The notes beneath the pieces are model-generated. The model worked only from the letters and a program-made list of their open reading frames with translations, was not told where the DNA came from and did no database searches. DNA of 64,000 nt from Octopus sinensis (Eukaryota). The stretch spans positions 24,490,001-24,554,000 of the forward strand of contig NC_043009.1 of assembly GCF_006345805.1 (NCBI RefSeq), read 5' to 3'. Position numbers and translations under genes: made by a program. Below are positions 27,974-41,760 of this stretch, in pieces (positions within the stretch are counted from its first letter, which is position 1; each line of letters begins with the position of its first letter).

Positions 27974-29650
27974 ATATATATATTTACATACATATACACA
28001 AAAGTTAGTCCTTCACCACCATTGGATAAAAGGTATTCGTTTGTTTACGGCTCCATTAACTAGCGGTCCTGCAAAATAAGCAGACAGGTTAACTAGCACA
28101 CTTTAAACAGATTTAACTTCTAGAGTGCCCCATGATAGCAGCTGTCCAATGACTGAAATAAGTAAAGCCTAAAGGATTATTTTTGGGAAATTAGTCGAAA
28201 TAAGAACAATGTATGTCTACAGAAATATAACTAAAGGGATACTATATATAACAAAAAATATAACAAAACGCCTCCCAACACTGACGATATAACTCAGTCA
28301 CACGAGGTAAACGTATGGAGTTAAACAGGGTTGTTTACTTGCAGGAATGTTATTTAGGTGTTTTGCTTATTTCTTTCAAGTTTCCCTCTGTTGTCTTCTA
28401 TCAATATTTGAAAGACTGGACAGCAGGAATGAAGTGAAACGAGGTTATTTATTTGAAAGAATCTTATAAAATACTTTTTTCTTTGTTGTTATTCTCTATC
28501 GATATTTTGAAAAAGTCTATATCATGTGTTTCATTTGATAGAAGAATCGACTATAAATTTGTTAATACGGTACACACAAAGATTAAGGTAAATAAATAAC
28601 TTTTTTTAGAGACGTTCTGCATATTGATGTCGTACAGATTTTCAAGTCCTTCAGAAAAGAAAAGTAAAAAAACAAGTCCTTCAGAAAAAACAAAAAGGAA
28701 AAAACAGAAATCAATCTCCTTTAAATAAATTCAACTCAGCTTGCAAAATTTTCAGTGCCACCAACGAGACCAAACATTCTAAAACAACATATTACGACTT
28801 AGCGAAAAAAAAAAAAGACCGCTATTAGACAGTTATTTCCGAGAAGTTGTCAACCGTTTCGAATAACTCTATTTTACTGTCAATAAAAACTTGTCCTTTG
28901 ATGAATATATTATCATTGCTATAGATAGAAGAATCTTAACTACAGAACCACTGTCAGAAATAGTCTGAGAAAACAAGACAAATAGTAATGCACAGATTAA
29001 AATATATGTCTTGTAATCTTAGTATATATTTCAATGGCAATGAATCTTGGTAAATTTATGCTAATCAGGAAAAGGAATTCAATAGTTTAAATCACTGCCG
29101 ACTATCTTGTATTTTCGGCATTTCTTTTTGTAAAGAGAAAGTTTCACACAGCAAGGTCTTGACCAAATGCAATATATCATGTATATATACTTCGCTTTCA
29201 GATTCACTAACGTTAATCGGTTACATGAAACAACAACATCTAGAAAGTACTATATTGTATGGTCGCTGCAGAAAACATACCACCCGTTGGTCACCTTCAT
29301 TGTTAGAGTGATATTTTCGATAGGTGCATTTAGTATATAAATTACCGAATAGCGAATATATGAGCAAGTCACAAGGAAAGAAAGAAATACATCGAAAAAC
29401 ATATAACAGACAATTTTCTGTATTTTTTCTTTCATCATTTATTTGAATATGTTGCTATACCGTGGCCATACTGGAATAATGCATTGAAAAGTTTATTCGA
29501 ACAATTTGACACCGGTACTTAGTTTTTAAGGTCGGGTATTAAGCCATGGTAAACAGCCTAACAGAGAGTTAAGAGGTGTGCGATACGACTACAAGCATAA
29601 AGGCACTTACACTCATATATATACATATATATATATATATACATACATAT

Positions 29651-29684
<34 letters not shown>

Positions 29685-29688
29685 ATAT

Positions 29689-29782
<94 letters not shown>

Positions 29783-29798
29783 CACATATATATATATA

Positions 29799-29849
<51 letters not shown>

Positions 29850-30182
29850 GTAAAGTCCCAAAAGGGGAACAAACACAAAAAATCAGCTACGTGAGGACGT
29901 GATACATGTAAATATTAGCAGACGCTCCTGATATTATTAATTATGTATAATGATTTCTGGAAAATTTGTTCGAAGAAATTGCCAGCTTTTTTTGCTGCCG
30001 ACGAAAAAATGCGCTTGCGTGATGGATTTGAAAAGGTAAAATGTATAAGCAAGAGGCATCTCGAAGTCCGAACAATTATTTCACATTTTCTCGAATATTT
30101 TAAAAATCATATGACGTCACCTACATATAGTTCTCGCTGGTAAGAATAAAAGTTTCGGAAAAGGATGGACAAGATGGAAGAA

Positions 30183-30250
30183 TTGCTCTGGTTCAATGGC
30201 AGAATGCTTGGCATGCCATCGGGAAATGTAGGTTCGATTCCCAATGGCAA
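30183..30250 (+). pseudogene. Degenerate tRNA-Gly(GCC)-like sequence or SINE head
   Basis: TGGTTCAATGGCAGAAT..TGCCA..GGTTCGATTCCC; anticodon and acceptor stems do not pair well. Confidence 0.5.
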
Positions 30251-30506
30251 CCTTCGTATTTTTCTACACAGAATTGTATTTAAACCCAACATTTATGTAG
30301 TATTGATAGATATGTGAGATCAAAACTTCTCAAATAGAATTAAATAATTAAATAATTAAAAATTCCCTCCAAACTTTAAGAAATGTTTATATTTATCTAT
30401 CTATCTATCTATAGAGAGATAGATAGATACAGATATATGTATATATGAATGTGCGTGCATGCATCTATATATATATACACACGCACACACACACACACAC
30501 ACGCAC

Positions 30507-30549
<43 letters not shown>

Positions 30550-31281
30550 CATATATACATATACACAATTTTATATAGATTTCTACAAGTGATTTATATG
30601 GATAAAACGCAAACACTCACAGATATGCATGCATATCTACGCACGCATGAACACACACACACACATAAACACACACACACATAAACACACACGCACACAC
30701 ACATATATAAATAATGTATCTTGTGCATATGCATGCATGTATGTGCATCGAAACGCTTGCAAGCGTATATGATTATGTAGTGTGACAGTGTGTTCGTCTT
30801 CCTACAGTTATGTTTATCATACGTGGGACGGAAATGCTTTGGAAAGAAGCCAGATGAAATCCAGATAAACGATTGGATCTGGGCCGAACGCTCCATCATG
30901 TGGAGTTAATAGACTGGCTTATGAACTGTATCCTATTTAATATTTGTTTCCACACTTAAATAGAGAGAATAACAAAAACACAGACGTAGATACACGTATA
31001 TGCTGGCATGCAAATATATATGCGTATGTACATATGTGTGTGTATGGGTGCATATAAATAAATATATATATATATACATACACATACGTGCATTTAAATA
31101 TATATGCACTTGAATATAATTTGCATATGCATATATGCGTTTGTGTATATATATATGAATATATAACATAATATAATATGTATATCCATATACTATCACA
31201 CACACACTATCACAGACACCAATGTATATGAATGCATATACATATGTATATGTGTAATGTATATATATATGTATGTGTATA

Positions 31282-31331
<50 letters not shown>

Positions 31332-31342
31332 TATATACAGAT

Positions 31343-31415
<73 letters not shown>

Positions 31416-31813
31416 AATATATATATATTTATATACATATATATGCACACACACACTCACGCACACACATACATATATATATGTACACACATATATGCAT
31501 ACATATATATATTCACGTGAACGGCATTCGCCTCAGCGACAATGGTCAAAATATTAATCAAGTTTGTCGAAAAATATTTATTTCATATATTACGTTGTTA
31601 TGTAATTACTTTTAGTGTATTTAAGCAATTTGCAATACGATTACAGCTGATTGACATACCAATTAATCACCTTAAGTCACCTGAGCCCAACTAGTTAGGT
31701 TTCTGTTACGAGCCTACGTAACGTTATGTTGCATGAGGGTGAATCAAACCGATTTAAATAATAATAACAATCATAATGATTATAATAATAATAATAACAA
31801 CAACAACAACAAC

Positions 31814-31853
<40 letters not shown>

Positions 31854-32231
31854 TAATAATAATAATAATAATAGTGATGATGATAATGGTGATAATAATT
31901 ATCTATGCATATGCTTATATATATATATATATATATATTATATATTATGCGCTCACGTGGTCTCACTTTCATCCTATATTCTACCAATACCACTATCAAC
32001 ACTTACCACTACCTTGGATTTTCTTTACCTCTTGGATACTTACCATTGGCTGCACCTCTCTTTCGCGGATCAAAGTGACTTTGCATTGATGTGAAATCCT
32101 TAAAAAATATACCACGACGTCTACACATTTCTCACCTTGAACTTTCAACCTTGAACTTGTTCGCATAAACTGTCCCGTTTGTTGTATTTTTATTTCCTCT
32201 TATATTACCACTTTTTTTACATTCATTTCAT

Positions 32232-32432
32232 ATTCGTTAGCTACTGCACGCATTTTTTTTCTCTCCTTCTTTCTGTGTTTTTCTCTCTCTGTGTATCTTT
32301 CTGTTGAAGAGCGTAAGCTCGAAACGTTAAAGACTTGTTTTATTTATATTTCCTGAGCGCCATACTAATACAATTGTTCGTTTGTTTTCCACCTGCCTTC
32401 GTCTTTTGTTTATTTTCATAAAGCTTCCCGTT
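32232..32432 (+). mobile_element. Solo Penelope pLTR, near-identical to 52479-52679
   Basis: About 200-bp match with few differences; includes the minimal hammerhead-like motif; ends in (TA)n. Confidence 0.85.
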
Positions 32433-32494
32433 ATATATATATATACATAGCAATAATAAATCTCTGAACAAGATGTAAACAGTAGCTGCTCGAC

Positions 32495-32859
32495 AACGTA
32501 ATGTATACTAGTCATCTCAATATGGCTAACCACTAAGGGTGGGGTGGGTGTTACTGTAGCTTTAACCCCAGGAGATCATCGTCTCCAACTGGCTTTAGGT
32601 ACACTTTCTATGCACTTATGGTATTTGCAAAGGGAGGTCATCCCTCTCTCGTCAACCTAAGTGATACGCACGGAACTGCAGTCCGTGCGTATCACTTAGG
32701 TTGACGAGAGAGGGATGACCTCCCTTTACAAATACCATAAGGGCACAGAAAGTGTGCCTAAAGCCAGCTGGAGACGATGATCTGGGGCTAAAAGCTACAG
32801 TAACACCCACCCCACCCTTAGTGGTTAGCCCTATTGAGATGGCTAGTATACTTTACGTT
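32495..32859. repeat. Long near-spacerless palindrome, arms about 180 bp
   Basis: Centre ACTG|CAGT at 32678/9; arms match with about 10 differences. Confidence 0.93.
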
Positions 32860-32892
32860 ATACATATAAATACTTATATATATATATAATAT

Positions 32893-32966
<74 letters not shown>

Positions 32967-33051
32967 TATGTTATATATGTATATATACGTACATGTATAC
33001 ATATATATATAGTGTATGTACATTGTTGTGTTTAGAGGAACTAAGTATATA

Positions 33052-33923
33052 CAGGGTGTCCATAAAGTCTCTTTACAATTTAAAAACATTATTACAAAGG
33101 CATTTGATGGGATATTTTAACCAGATTTACTTTATTTTAGTGAATGTTTATTAAAGTTTTTATTTGGATTATATTTTCGTGTCTCAGATACTCTGTTGAT
33201 ATAAAATGACGATGAAGCATTCCTCAAGCGAGTTTGTTTAATGACGAAGCGACTTTTCATGTCTCAGGGAAATTAAACAAACACAATGTGATAATCTGTG
33301 GATCAGGGAACTTCAACGGGATAGTCCAAAAGTGAATGTGTGTTGTGGTATCATGCACAGTCGAATAAGTGGTCCATTTTTCTTCAACTAGGCAACATTT
33401 ACTGTAGATTGTTACCTTGACCTTCTAACCGAATATGTGGAATCACAATTGGTTGATTTACAACCAACCATCATTTTCCAGCAAGATGTTGCACCACCAC
33501 ATTGGGGACGGCATGTTCGTCAGTTCCTCAATCAAACATTTCCAGATTGATCGATATGAAGAGATGGGCCAATTCCATGGCCACCGCGTTCGCCAGATAT
33601 CACTCACTTTGACTTATTTTTATGGGGTTATGTAAAAGATATCGTGTATCAAAGATACGAGACAATGTTGACTAGAAGCAAAGGATTAGTAATGCCATTG
33701 CCACCGTTGATGAGGCTATCCTACAGCGAATATGGCAAGAAATCGAGTACCGTCTTGATGTGCTTCGCGCAACTAATGGTGCCCATATTGAGGTCTATTA
33801 AATAACAGGTAAAGAAAACTTTAATGAACATTTATTACAATAAAACAAATCTGGTTAAGATATCTTGTCAACTGCCTTTGTAATAAAGTTTTAAAATTGT
33901 AAAGTGATTTTATGGACACCCTG
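33052..33923 (+). mobile_element. Tc1/mariner superfamily (DD41D-type) internally deleted transposon
   Basis: TIRs CAGGGTGTCCATAAA / TTTATGGACACCCTG with TA on the left; broken transposase DEATFH..GPFFF..FQQDVAPPH..WPPRSPDI..LWGYVK; reconstructed D-D spacing about 41. Confidence 0.88.
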
Positions 33924-33931
33924 AAAAAATA

Positions 33932-33978
<47 letters not shown>

Positions 33979-34321
33979 GTGTGTGTGTGTGTACTTTGTA
34001 TATGTATGTATGTACGTACATATGTATGTATGTATGTATGTATGTATGATGACTTCCACCCAGTTTCTAAAACAGGTGCTTGCGAAACAAACTTTCTAAC
34101 TTCAGGATCTTTGCATATCTGTATTGTAGCTGTCCTCTTTTGTCACTAGCTCTTTTGGACTATTCCCTGTCCATTAGGTGAGTTTAAGGCGATACCAATT
34201 TGTTGCATAATTTATGACCGTACCTTGGTCTGAGAGTAGCTTCCTCTTGTATTCCTTAAACGTTCTCTATCATGGTCCTTTTTCCTTTATGAAGAAATAC
34301 ACCAATTTTATATCTAGGTCC

Positions 34322-34575
34322 AGGCATGGCTTTGTGTTAAGATGTATCCTTCTCAACCAACATGGTTCTCGCTTCAGTCCCACCGCCTGGCACCTTGGGC
34401 CTTGTGATTTGATTTGATTGACGGAAAAATTGAAAGGCGCATGTCGTATATGTATATGTGCGTGTATTTGTTTGTACCACCCTACGGCTTGACAAGCGGT
34501 GTTGATGCGTTAGTGTCTCCGTTATTTAGCAGTCTGCCAGAGAAAGCAATAGAGTAAATATGTAGCTTTACAAAA
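34322..34575 (+). mobile_element. SINE family A, diverged and internally deleted
   Basis: CAACCAACATGGTTC..TTCAGTCCCAC..TGGCACCTTGGGC..GCTTGACAA.CGGTGTTG. Confidence 0.6.
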
Positions 34576-34978
34576 TCAATAAATACAATTTTCTAAGATA
34601 GACGTTAAAAATATGTAAATTAGACTCTTGTACGCCTAACTTATGCGTCATATTCTTCCTCACAGGATTTTGTTCTATTAACTCAAAAATTCTTGGGCTC
34701 AGTTCCTTCCTACATGACCATATGATGCATCAGGCTTAATCATCAGTATCGTTTTTTGAGTTTAATCCTTCGGAACATTCTGAAACCAAACACCGTCAGC
34801 AGCAAAAAGTTATATAGAGGTAATGAATTCCCGGATCATGTCCAGTAAACACTAACTCTTTTGGGTCTTAAACCTGATGTGAAGCCATCTTGAGCTACCC
34901 ACTTCTTTCTCGTTAGACAGCTTGATGGCATTTCGCCTACAGTATTTGTTTCCGTTTTCATTAATTAGCTTGGAATTC

Positions 34979-35385
34979 AAGGCGGCGAGATGGCAGAAAC
35001 GTTAGCACGCTGGAAGAAATGCTTAGCGGTATTTCGTCTGCCGTTACGTTCTGAGTTCAAATTCCGCCGATGTCGATTTTGCCTCTCATCCTTTCGGGGT
35101 CGATTAAATAAGTACCAGTTACCCACTGGGGTCGATATAATCGACTTAATCCGTTTGTATGTCCTTGTTTGTCCTCTCTCTGTGTTTAGCTCCTTGTGGG
35201 TAGTAAAGAATTAGGTATTTCTCCCGTCGCTACGTTCTGAGTTCAAATTTCACAGAGTTCGTCTTTGCTTTTCATCCTTTCGGGGTCGATAAATTAAGTA
35301 CCAGTGCAACACTGGGGTAGATGTAAACGACTAGTCCTTTTCCCGCAAATTTCAACCCTTGTGCCTTTAGTGTAAAAGATTAATT
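34979..35385 (+). mobile_element. SINE family B, nested or dimeric pair
   Basis: Head TGGCAGAAACGTTAG..GAGTTCAAATTCC; core TCATCCTTTCGGGGTCGAT..AAGTACCAG present twice, with two different tails. Confidence 0.85.
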
Positions 35386-35686
35386 AGTAAGGAATTTCCG
35401 AGGTTGATAATTATAAATAATTATCTTGTTACAAAACTGACCAACATACTCAAAAGACATCATTAATGAAACACATTCTCTTTGAGAATAAATGGAAGCA
35501 ATTATAATCAAATAGCTGGATTAATAAGGTATATATTAGTTATAAAATTCTATCGCTAATACATAATCTTAAACTAGGTCTTAATGCGATTATTATTGTT
35601 ATTCTTGCTTACTCTCAAATCGGTCCTAATCCAATACAACTATGATGAAATAAGATACCAGCTGTATGTCGTTTTTTTATTCAATA

Positions 35687-36072
35687 GTAGCAGTATCGCC
35701 CGGCGTTGCTCGGGTTTGTTTCGACCCTTTTAGAATTGGAATTTTTGAAAAGTAAAACTTTTGCATTACGTAGCTTATTATTCTCTTTAAGTGAACATTT
35801 TTCTGGTTGAAATACACCGAAAAATGGCGACACAGCAGTAAAAAAATCGTAAAAAATAGGGATTTTCATAGAAAAAAAAGCACCTTTTTGATGTAAATAA
35901 TTTTTGGTATTAACTTGAATTTGAATTTTTTCTTCTGCGGAAGGAAGAGCAAGCCTTCTTTTATCATACTTTCAATTCTGATCAACTTGCGCCGCATGAT
36001 CTCGGAGGAGTGTTAGTTGAAGGCTACCAAACCTGCCATACACAGACAACTTCAGCTTTATATATATAGAGA
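35687..36072 (-). mobile_element. Non-autonomous Helitron
   Basis: Minus strand A|TCTCTATATATATAAAG start; subterminal hairpin CCCGAGCAACGCCGGG; end CTAC|T, one change from CTAG. Confidence 0.72.
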
Positions 36073-36386
36073 TGTGATGTGACTAAGACGACATTATCGA
36101 CTATTCCATTATTTAAGAGGTTAGGATATGATGTTTATAATATATGTGGCTGCTATTTTTAGTGACTAGTAACTGGCTTCCCCGTCGGCTGGTTGTTTAA
36201 TAACAAGAAGTAGTACGTCGGAAAGAAATAAATATCGGAGAAATGATCTGAGGCAGCAATGTAGACGCTATAAAAATTATTGAAATTTCGCCAGGTAGAC
36301 TGGCATTGCATCGATTTAGTAAAGTTGTGCTCATAAAGTGAATGTAATATTTGTGAACACGCACATACGCAAGCCACACACACACA

Positions 36387-36445
<59 letters not shown>

Positions 36446-37119
36446 ATATACATAAGTGTGTGTGTATGTGCAAGTGTGTGTATGTTGAAGTGTATGCCTG
36501 TGCTTGTGTGTCATCTTTGTGCTTATCTCCTCAAGGCTTGTTTACGGTCCCGTTACTTAGCGATTCGCAAAGAGCGTCCAATACATTAAGTACCAGACAT
36601 TAAAACGAAAAGAAGTACTGGGATCGATTTGTTTTAAGTCGATGCCCGAACATTGCTGCAATCGAATATCTAAAACAAGAAAAAAAAATACTTGACAGGC
36701 AGTTTGTCTCGTTGAAATACAAGGATTTGTGTAATAAATACACGAAAGCATATCTTCTAAGTCTTGTGTGTGATAAATAAAATACTCTAATGGTTTAACG
36801 TATATCGCATCACATTACAACACAACACAACAGCGCGTCTCAAGTATCATTTTTATATAAGATTCAAGTGCGTTGAATAAGTACTAATATCTAGTATTGG
36901 AACACAGATAAAAGCTTAGGTGTGGAGAAGAGCACGACTAATGCATTCGATCACCAGTTATTGATCGTCATTCTATTTTATCGATCATAGAAGGATGATA
37001 AGCAAATCTTATAGGTTCAGGCTCAGCTGTGTGATTAAGAAGCTAGCATTGTATCAACGTGGTATCGGGTGCCTGGGGTAAGGATTTCGCACTACAGTCT
37101 CGAGCAATCTGACTCAATT

Positions 37120-37358
37120 ACTTAGAAGGAAACATGATACTCAGGGTGAAATATCCGACAATTCCCTTCGTGGGACACAGACGCATGGACATACAAGTAT
37201 CGGCAGACCAGCAAGAGCATATATTGTTCGACTTCGGGAAGACACAGGATATCAGATTGAGGATGTGAAGAATGCAATGGAAGATCTAAATATTTGGCAT
37301 GGAAGAGATGCATTGTATGAGTTTGCATACATACATACATACACACATACATACATAC
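37120..37358 (+). mobile_element. RTE-clade LINE 3' fragment
   Basis: HGHTSIGRPARAYIVRLREDTGYQIEDVKNAMEDLNIW followed by a (CATA)n tail. Confidence 0.75.
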
Positions 37359-37604
37359 ATATATATATATAAATAACGAGTGTAATAAATTGAATATTAA
37401 TTTAATTAGTATCAATTTAAAACCGGTAGCCTATAGAAAAAGCTGAAAAATCAGAAAAAATTACAATACATGTGTATATTTAGGGATAAACACTAGGTGA
37501 ATAACCAATATGAGAACAATAGAGAACATTCTTTTCTTTGTAGTTAGATCGTATGTGATCTTCCTCTAGCATATTGTTTATACACCTAGTGGTTATCCCT
37601 AAAT

Positions 37605-37637
<33 letters not shown>

Positions 37638-38110
37638 CACATATATAAAGGTATATATATATATATAAATACATACACACACACACACGCGCGGATAGAA
37701 AGAGTGAGAGTGAGAGAGTGGAAGAGAGAGAGACAGACATTACATTTCATTTGAACACGATACATTTAAACACTTTTCATCGCTTTATACGCATAAGCAG
37801 AAATGTAGCCATACACATAAACAAGCAGAGAAAGGGAGAGAGACACACAGATAAATAGAGAAAGGCTGTGAAAGACAGAGAGAGAGAGAGAGAGAGAATG
37901 ATTGGGAGTAAAAGGGAGAAGAAAAGAAACATTGAAACGTCTGATGTCAAAAAAGTCAGCGTCGAATCAGAGACGCCATATCCAAATAGGCGGCGCCAAA
38001 CCAGATATGACGAATGCCTCATACCCAGGTTTCTCGGTTCAGGGTTGATCTCCATTCCGCATATAAACAATAATAATAAATACTGTATATTCGTATATGT
38101 CATTTCACAG

Positions 38111-38198
38111 GAGGAAGATTTCAACATAGCACCGTGTTTAAAAGCAGTATATCTGTTACAAAACTAGTAAAGATGGAATTTAACCCAGTTTCCACAAG
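38111..38198 (+). CDS. Candidate host exon (GRFQHSTVFKSSISVTKLVKMEFNPVST)
   Basis: Acceptor TCATTTCACAG, donor AAG|GTATAT, one open frame (phase 1 to phase 2), unique sequence. No homology recognised. Confidence 0.35.
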
Positions 38199-38320
38199 GT
38201 ATATGTCACTGAAATTTCAATATTCTCCTCTGAGTTGAGTGTCCTTACGTTGCAGGGTAAACTTCACAGCTATTAGTAGAACTCATTTGCATCTGAAGTA
38301 GGGTAATATACTCTCTTACA

Positions 38321-38710
38321 CTTTTACTTGTTTCAGTCATTTGACTGTGGCCATGCTGGAGCCCCGCCTTTAGTCGAGCAAATCGACCCCAGGACTTATT
38401 CTTTGTAAGTCTAGTACTTATTCTATCGGTCACTTTTGCAAAACCGCTAAGTTACGGGGACGTAAACACACCAGCATCGGTTGTCAAGCGATGTTGGGGA
38501 CAAACACAGACACACAAACATATACACACACATGTATATACATATATATGACGGACTTCTTTCAGTTTCCGTCTACCAATTCCACTCACAAGGCTTTGGT
38601 CGGCTCGAGGCTATAGTAGAAGATACTTGCCCAAGGTGCCACGCAGTGAGACTGAACCCAGAACCATGTGGTTCGTAAGCAAGCTACTTACCACACAGCC
38701 ATTCCTACGC
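38321..38710 (-). mobile_element. SINE family A, full length, best-preserved copy
   Basis: Minus strand A-box TGGCTGTGTGG, B-box GGTTCAGTCTC, internal TG/TA tract, tail GACTGAAACAAGTAAAAG. Confidence 0.9.
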
Positions 38711-39194
38711 TTATGAAAAATGAAATATTTTGCTGAGGAAAACAAATCATCGCCCGATCTAAGGATCGAAACCACCATAATGCGATCGTGACTAGAACAC
38801 CGTAGGCATCACGCCACACACCTTCAACCTGTTATAGAGTACCACCACTAATGCCGTCACCGAAATTTTGATATATCTCTGGAGCAAATGTTTTCACTTC
38901 GTTACCCTTTGGCAACGAGATGACGCATCGATGATATGAGATCTTATACATAGTACCTTGACGTTTTTCTGGAAAAAGACCTCTTACATTGCAAGTAAAG
39001 AATTTAATAGACTTCGAGTCTGACAACTGCATTTATTCTCGATCTCAATGCATTCTGTCACGTTATCATGACATACGATGCATATGTCTGTTTGAGTGCA
39101 ATTTCTTAGAAATATGCAACGTCATTTTCAGTTCTGTATAAATGAAGAGGTAGGAATTTCAATTTCACGGAATATGCATACATACATACACGTG

Positions 39195-39234
<40 letters not shown>

Positions 39235-39879
39235 TATATATATATAATAATATTATATATATATATATACACTTATATATAGATATATATATAATATATA
39301 TATATATCTATTATATATATATATATATACACATATATATATATATATATATATACTTATATATATATATATATATAAATATACATATATATATATAGTA
39401 TATATATGTTGAATTTATTATATATATATATATATATGTATGTATACATACATACAAATCGATGCATATCTATATTCAGCTACGCACGCAACACAAACGC
39501 ACAACTCAGGTACATGTATATGTGAATATGTATATGCTAACATATATACAAGCATAAATGCATATACATGTGTGTATGTGTGTGTTGTGCATGTGTGTGT
39601 GCGTGCGTGTGTGTGTGTGCGTGTGTGTATGTGTGCATGTGTGTGTGTGTGTTGATGGATGTGTACGCGCGCGTACGTAAAAATATGCGTTGTTAAGACA
39701 CACGTTTACAACGGCATCCGAATTATCACGAAGTGTAAGAAAAGTAATTGCAAAAATCATACCGCGAATCCATACTTTCAACGGCTGCTTCCTTCCTGTT
39801 ACAGAGTTCTGAATCTAACTATATAATAGGAAAATGGACAGACAGATATATATATATATATATATAGACAGATAGATAA

Positions 39880-39915
<36 letters not shown>

Positions 39916-39916
39916 G

Positions 39917-39958
<42 letters not shown>

Positions 39959-40049
39959 TATAGACAGATTGATAGATAAATAAATAGATAAATGGACAAA
40001 TACGTACAAGAATGGAAAAATAGTGGGTACTAACTTGCCCAAACTCATA

Positions 40050-40094
<45 letters not shown>

Positions 40095-40263
40095 CTTTCT
40101 ATCTATCTATCTATCTATATATCTATCTATCTATCTATCTATTATATCTACATATATATACACACACACATTTAAAATATTGCGCAACATATATTAATAT
40201 ATATTATATATGTATATTTCTTCCTACCCCTCTTTCTCTCTCTTCCCTCTCTCTTTGTCTTGG

Positions 40264-40294
<31 letters not shown>

Positions 40295-40849
40295 TTATAT
40301 ATGTATATGCGTGTGTATATATATGTATGTATGCATGCATGTATGTGTGTGTATGTCTATTCATATATATCTATTCATATATATCTATTCATATATATAC
40401 ATACATACATACATACATACATACATACATACATACATGCATACATACATACATACCTGAGTCTACAGATACATACATACAGGATTAAAAAAGTTAATGA
40501 CAACCACCGCGATGAACCATTGCGTATCGTTAATACGTATCGGCTTGAACAGCCGCCTGGAATGAGTGCGAACGAATCGTACCAGTTATAAATAATGAAC
40601 CATCTTTCAAGCTCAACGCATCCAGTTGTCAGTCATTCTGGATATCGGATCTATGTGACAGCTGTTTACACTCGTACGAATATCTGAGATACCCACTCTT
40701 GATGCTCCGAATGTATTACTGTAGAAATGTTTATCTAACAAGAGAGCTAGCTTTCCGTGTATGTGCGCACCCCTATATTTATAGTGTATATATATATATA
40801 TATATACATCCACCACTTGTTCTTTGTAAGTGTGGTACTTATAAGTTCA

Positions 40850-41760
40850 GCAAAAGTTAGATTCAGATGAATATGGTACTTACGTTAAAGGCACCAGAAT
40901 TTGGTGTGGTATTATCCATATAAATCAAATGGGGTGATTATAATCAAAATAAGCAACACGGATATCCAAAGGTCGTGTAGTACGATCGGTTCATGCTACT
41001 TCATTTAATTAAACAATGTAAGTATTACATCAGTTTTAAAATGTATAGCACTCTTCAGCCACATATGGAATTTTTAAAATTAACTTGACAATGTTCATTT
41101 TTATACTTATCCCATTTACCAACATTACAAAGAGGGTAGGTATATAGACAGAGAGGTGAATTTCATCAATAAAAACATGGTAGTAGATCTTAACTCATGG
41201 GCAGATTTTTTATCACTGAGTTCACTTTGTTATTTAGATTTACCAATGGGGGGGGGATTTCTATTAAGTTCAGTAGAGACAATCAAGAATTTTTCTATTG
41301 TTAGATAGAGGAAGGGGCAGTTAGATAGAGGAAGGGGCAGTTTTAAATGGCAGAGCCATAAATCCAACCCTTTTATGAGGAATTTAACTTTGGTACATTT
41401 GACTGAATTTCAACTAAAGTTAGTAGGCTGAAGCTAGTGGGGTAGGGAGAATAAAGACTTCTAATGGGCTTAACCATTTAACAGCCATAATCCTACTTGT
41501 GTTTTACGTAAATATATTTTAGATAGTTTTTTCCAAAGGATTCTAATAATTTTTAGTATCTTGTATAGGGATGGGGAGTATAGAAATCATTTCATATTTA
41601 TAAGAATATATATATATATATCAGATTATTATTAATATAGATTTATAGTTAGTTAGTAAATAGTAATTTATTTGTATTAATGAGTTAAATTAAAGGAATA
41701 TGCTAGATATATTATATATTTCCTGCAAAAAAATCTTATCAATTAGCACATATATCAAGA
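40850..41760 (-). mobile_element. AT-rich PLE 3' UTR/pLTR-like remnant
   Basis: Contains the hammerhead-like motif at 40976-41063; boundaries approximate. Confidence 0.45.
40976..41063 (-). ncRNA. Type I hammerhead-like motif (A15.1C change)
   Basis: P1 TGTGG/CTACA; CTGAAGA; P2 GTGCTA/TAGCAT; GAACC-GATC-GTA. Confidence 0.65.

Noticed and set aside
30183-30250. Functional tRNA-Gly gene
   Set aside because: A and B boxes are present but the stems do not form a cloverleaf; kept only as a pseudogene or SINE head.
34106-34177. Exon candidate with a strong GTGAGT donor
   Set aside because: The only open frame is not phase-compatible with 38111, and the region may be decayed repeat.
34666-34819. 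AG...GT bounded exon candidate
   Set aside because: Stop codons in all three frames.
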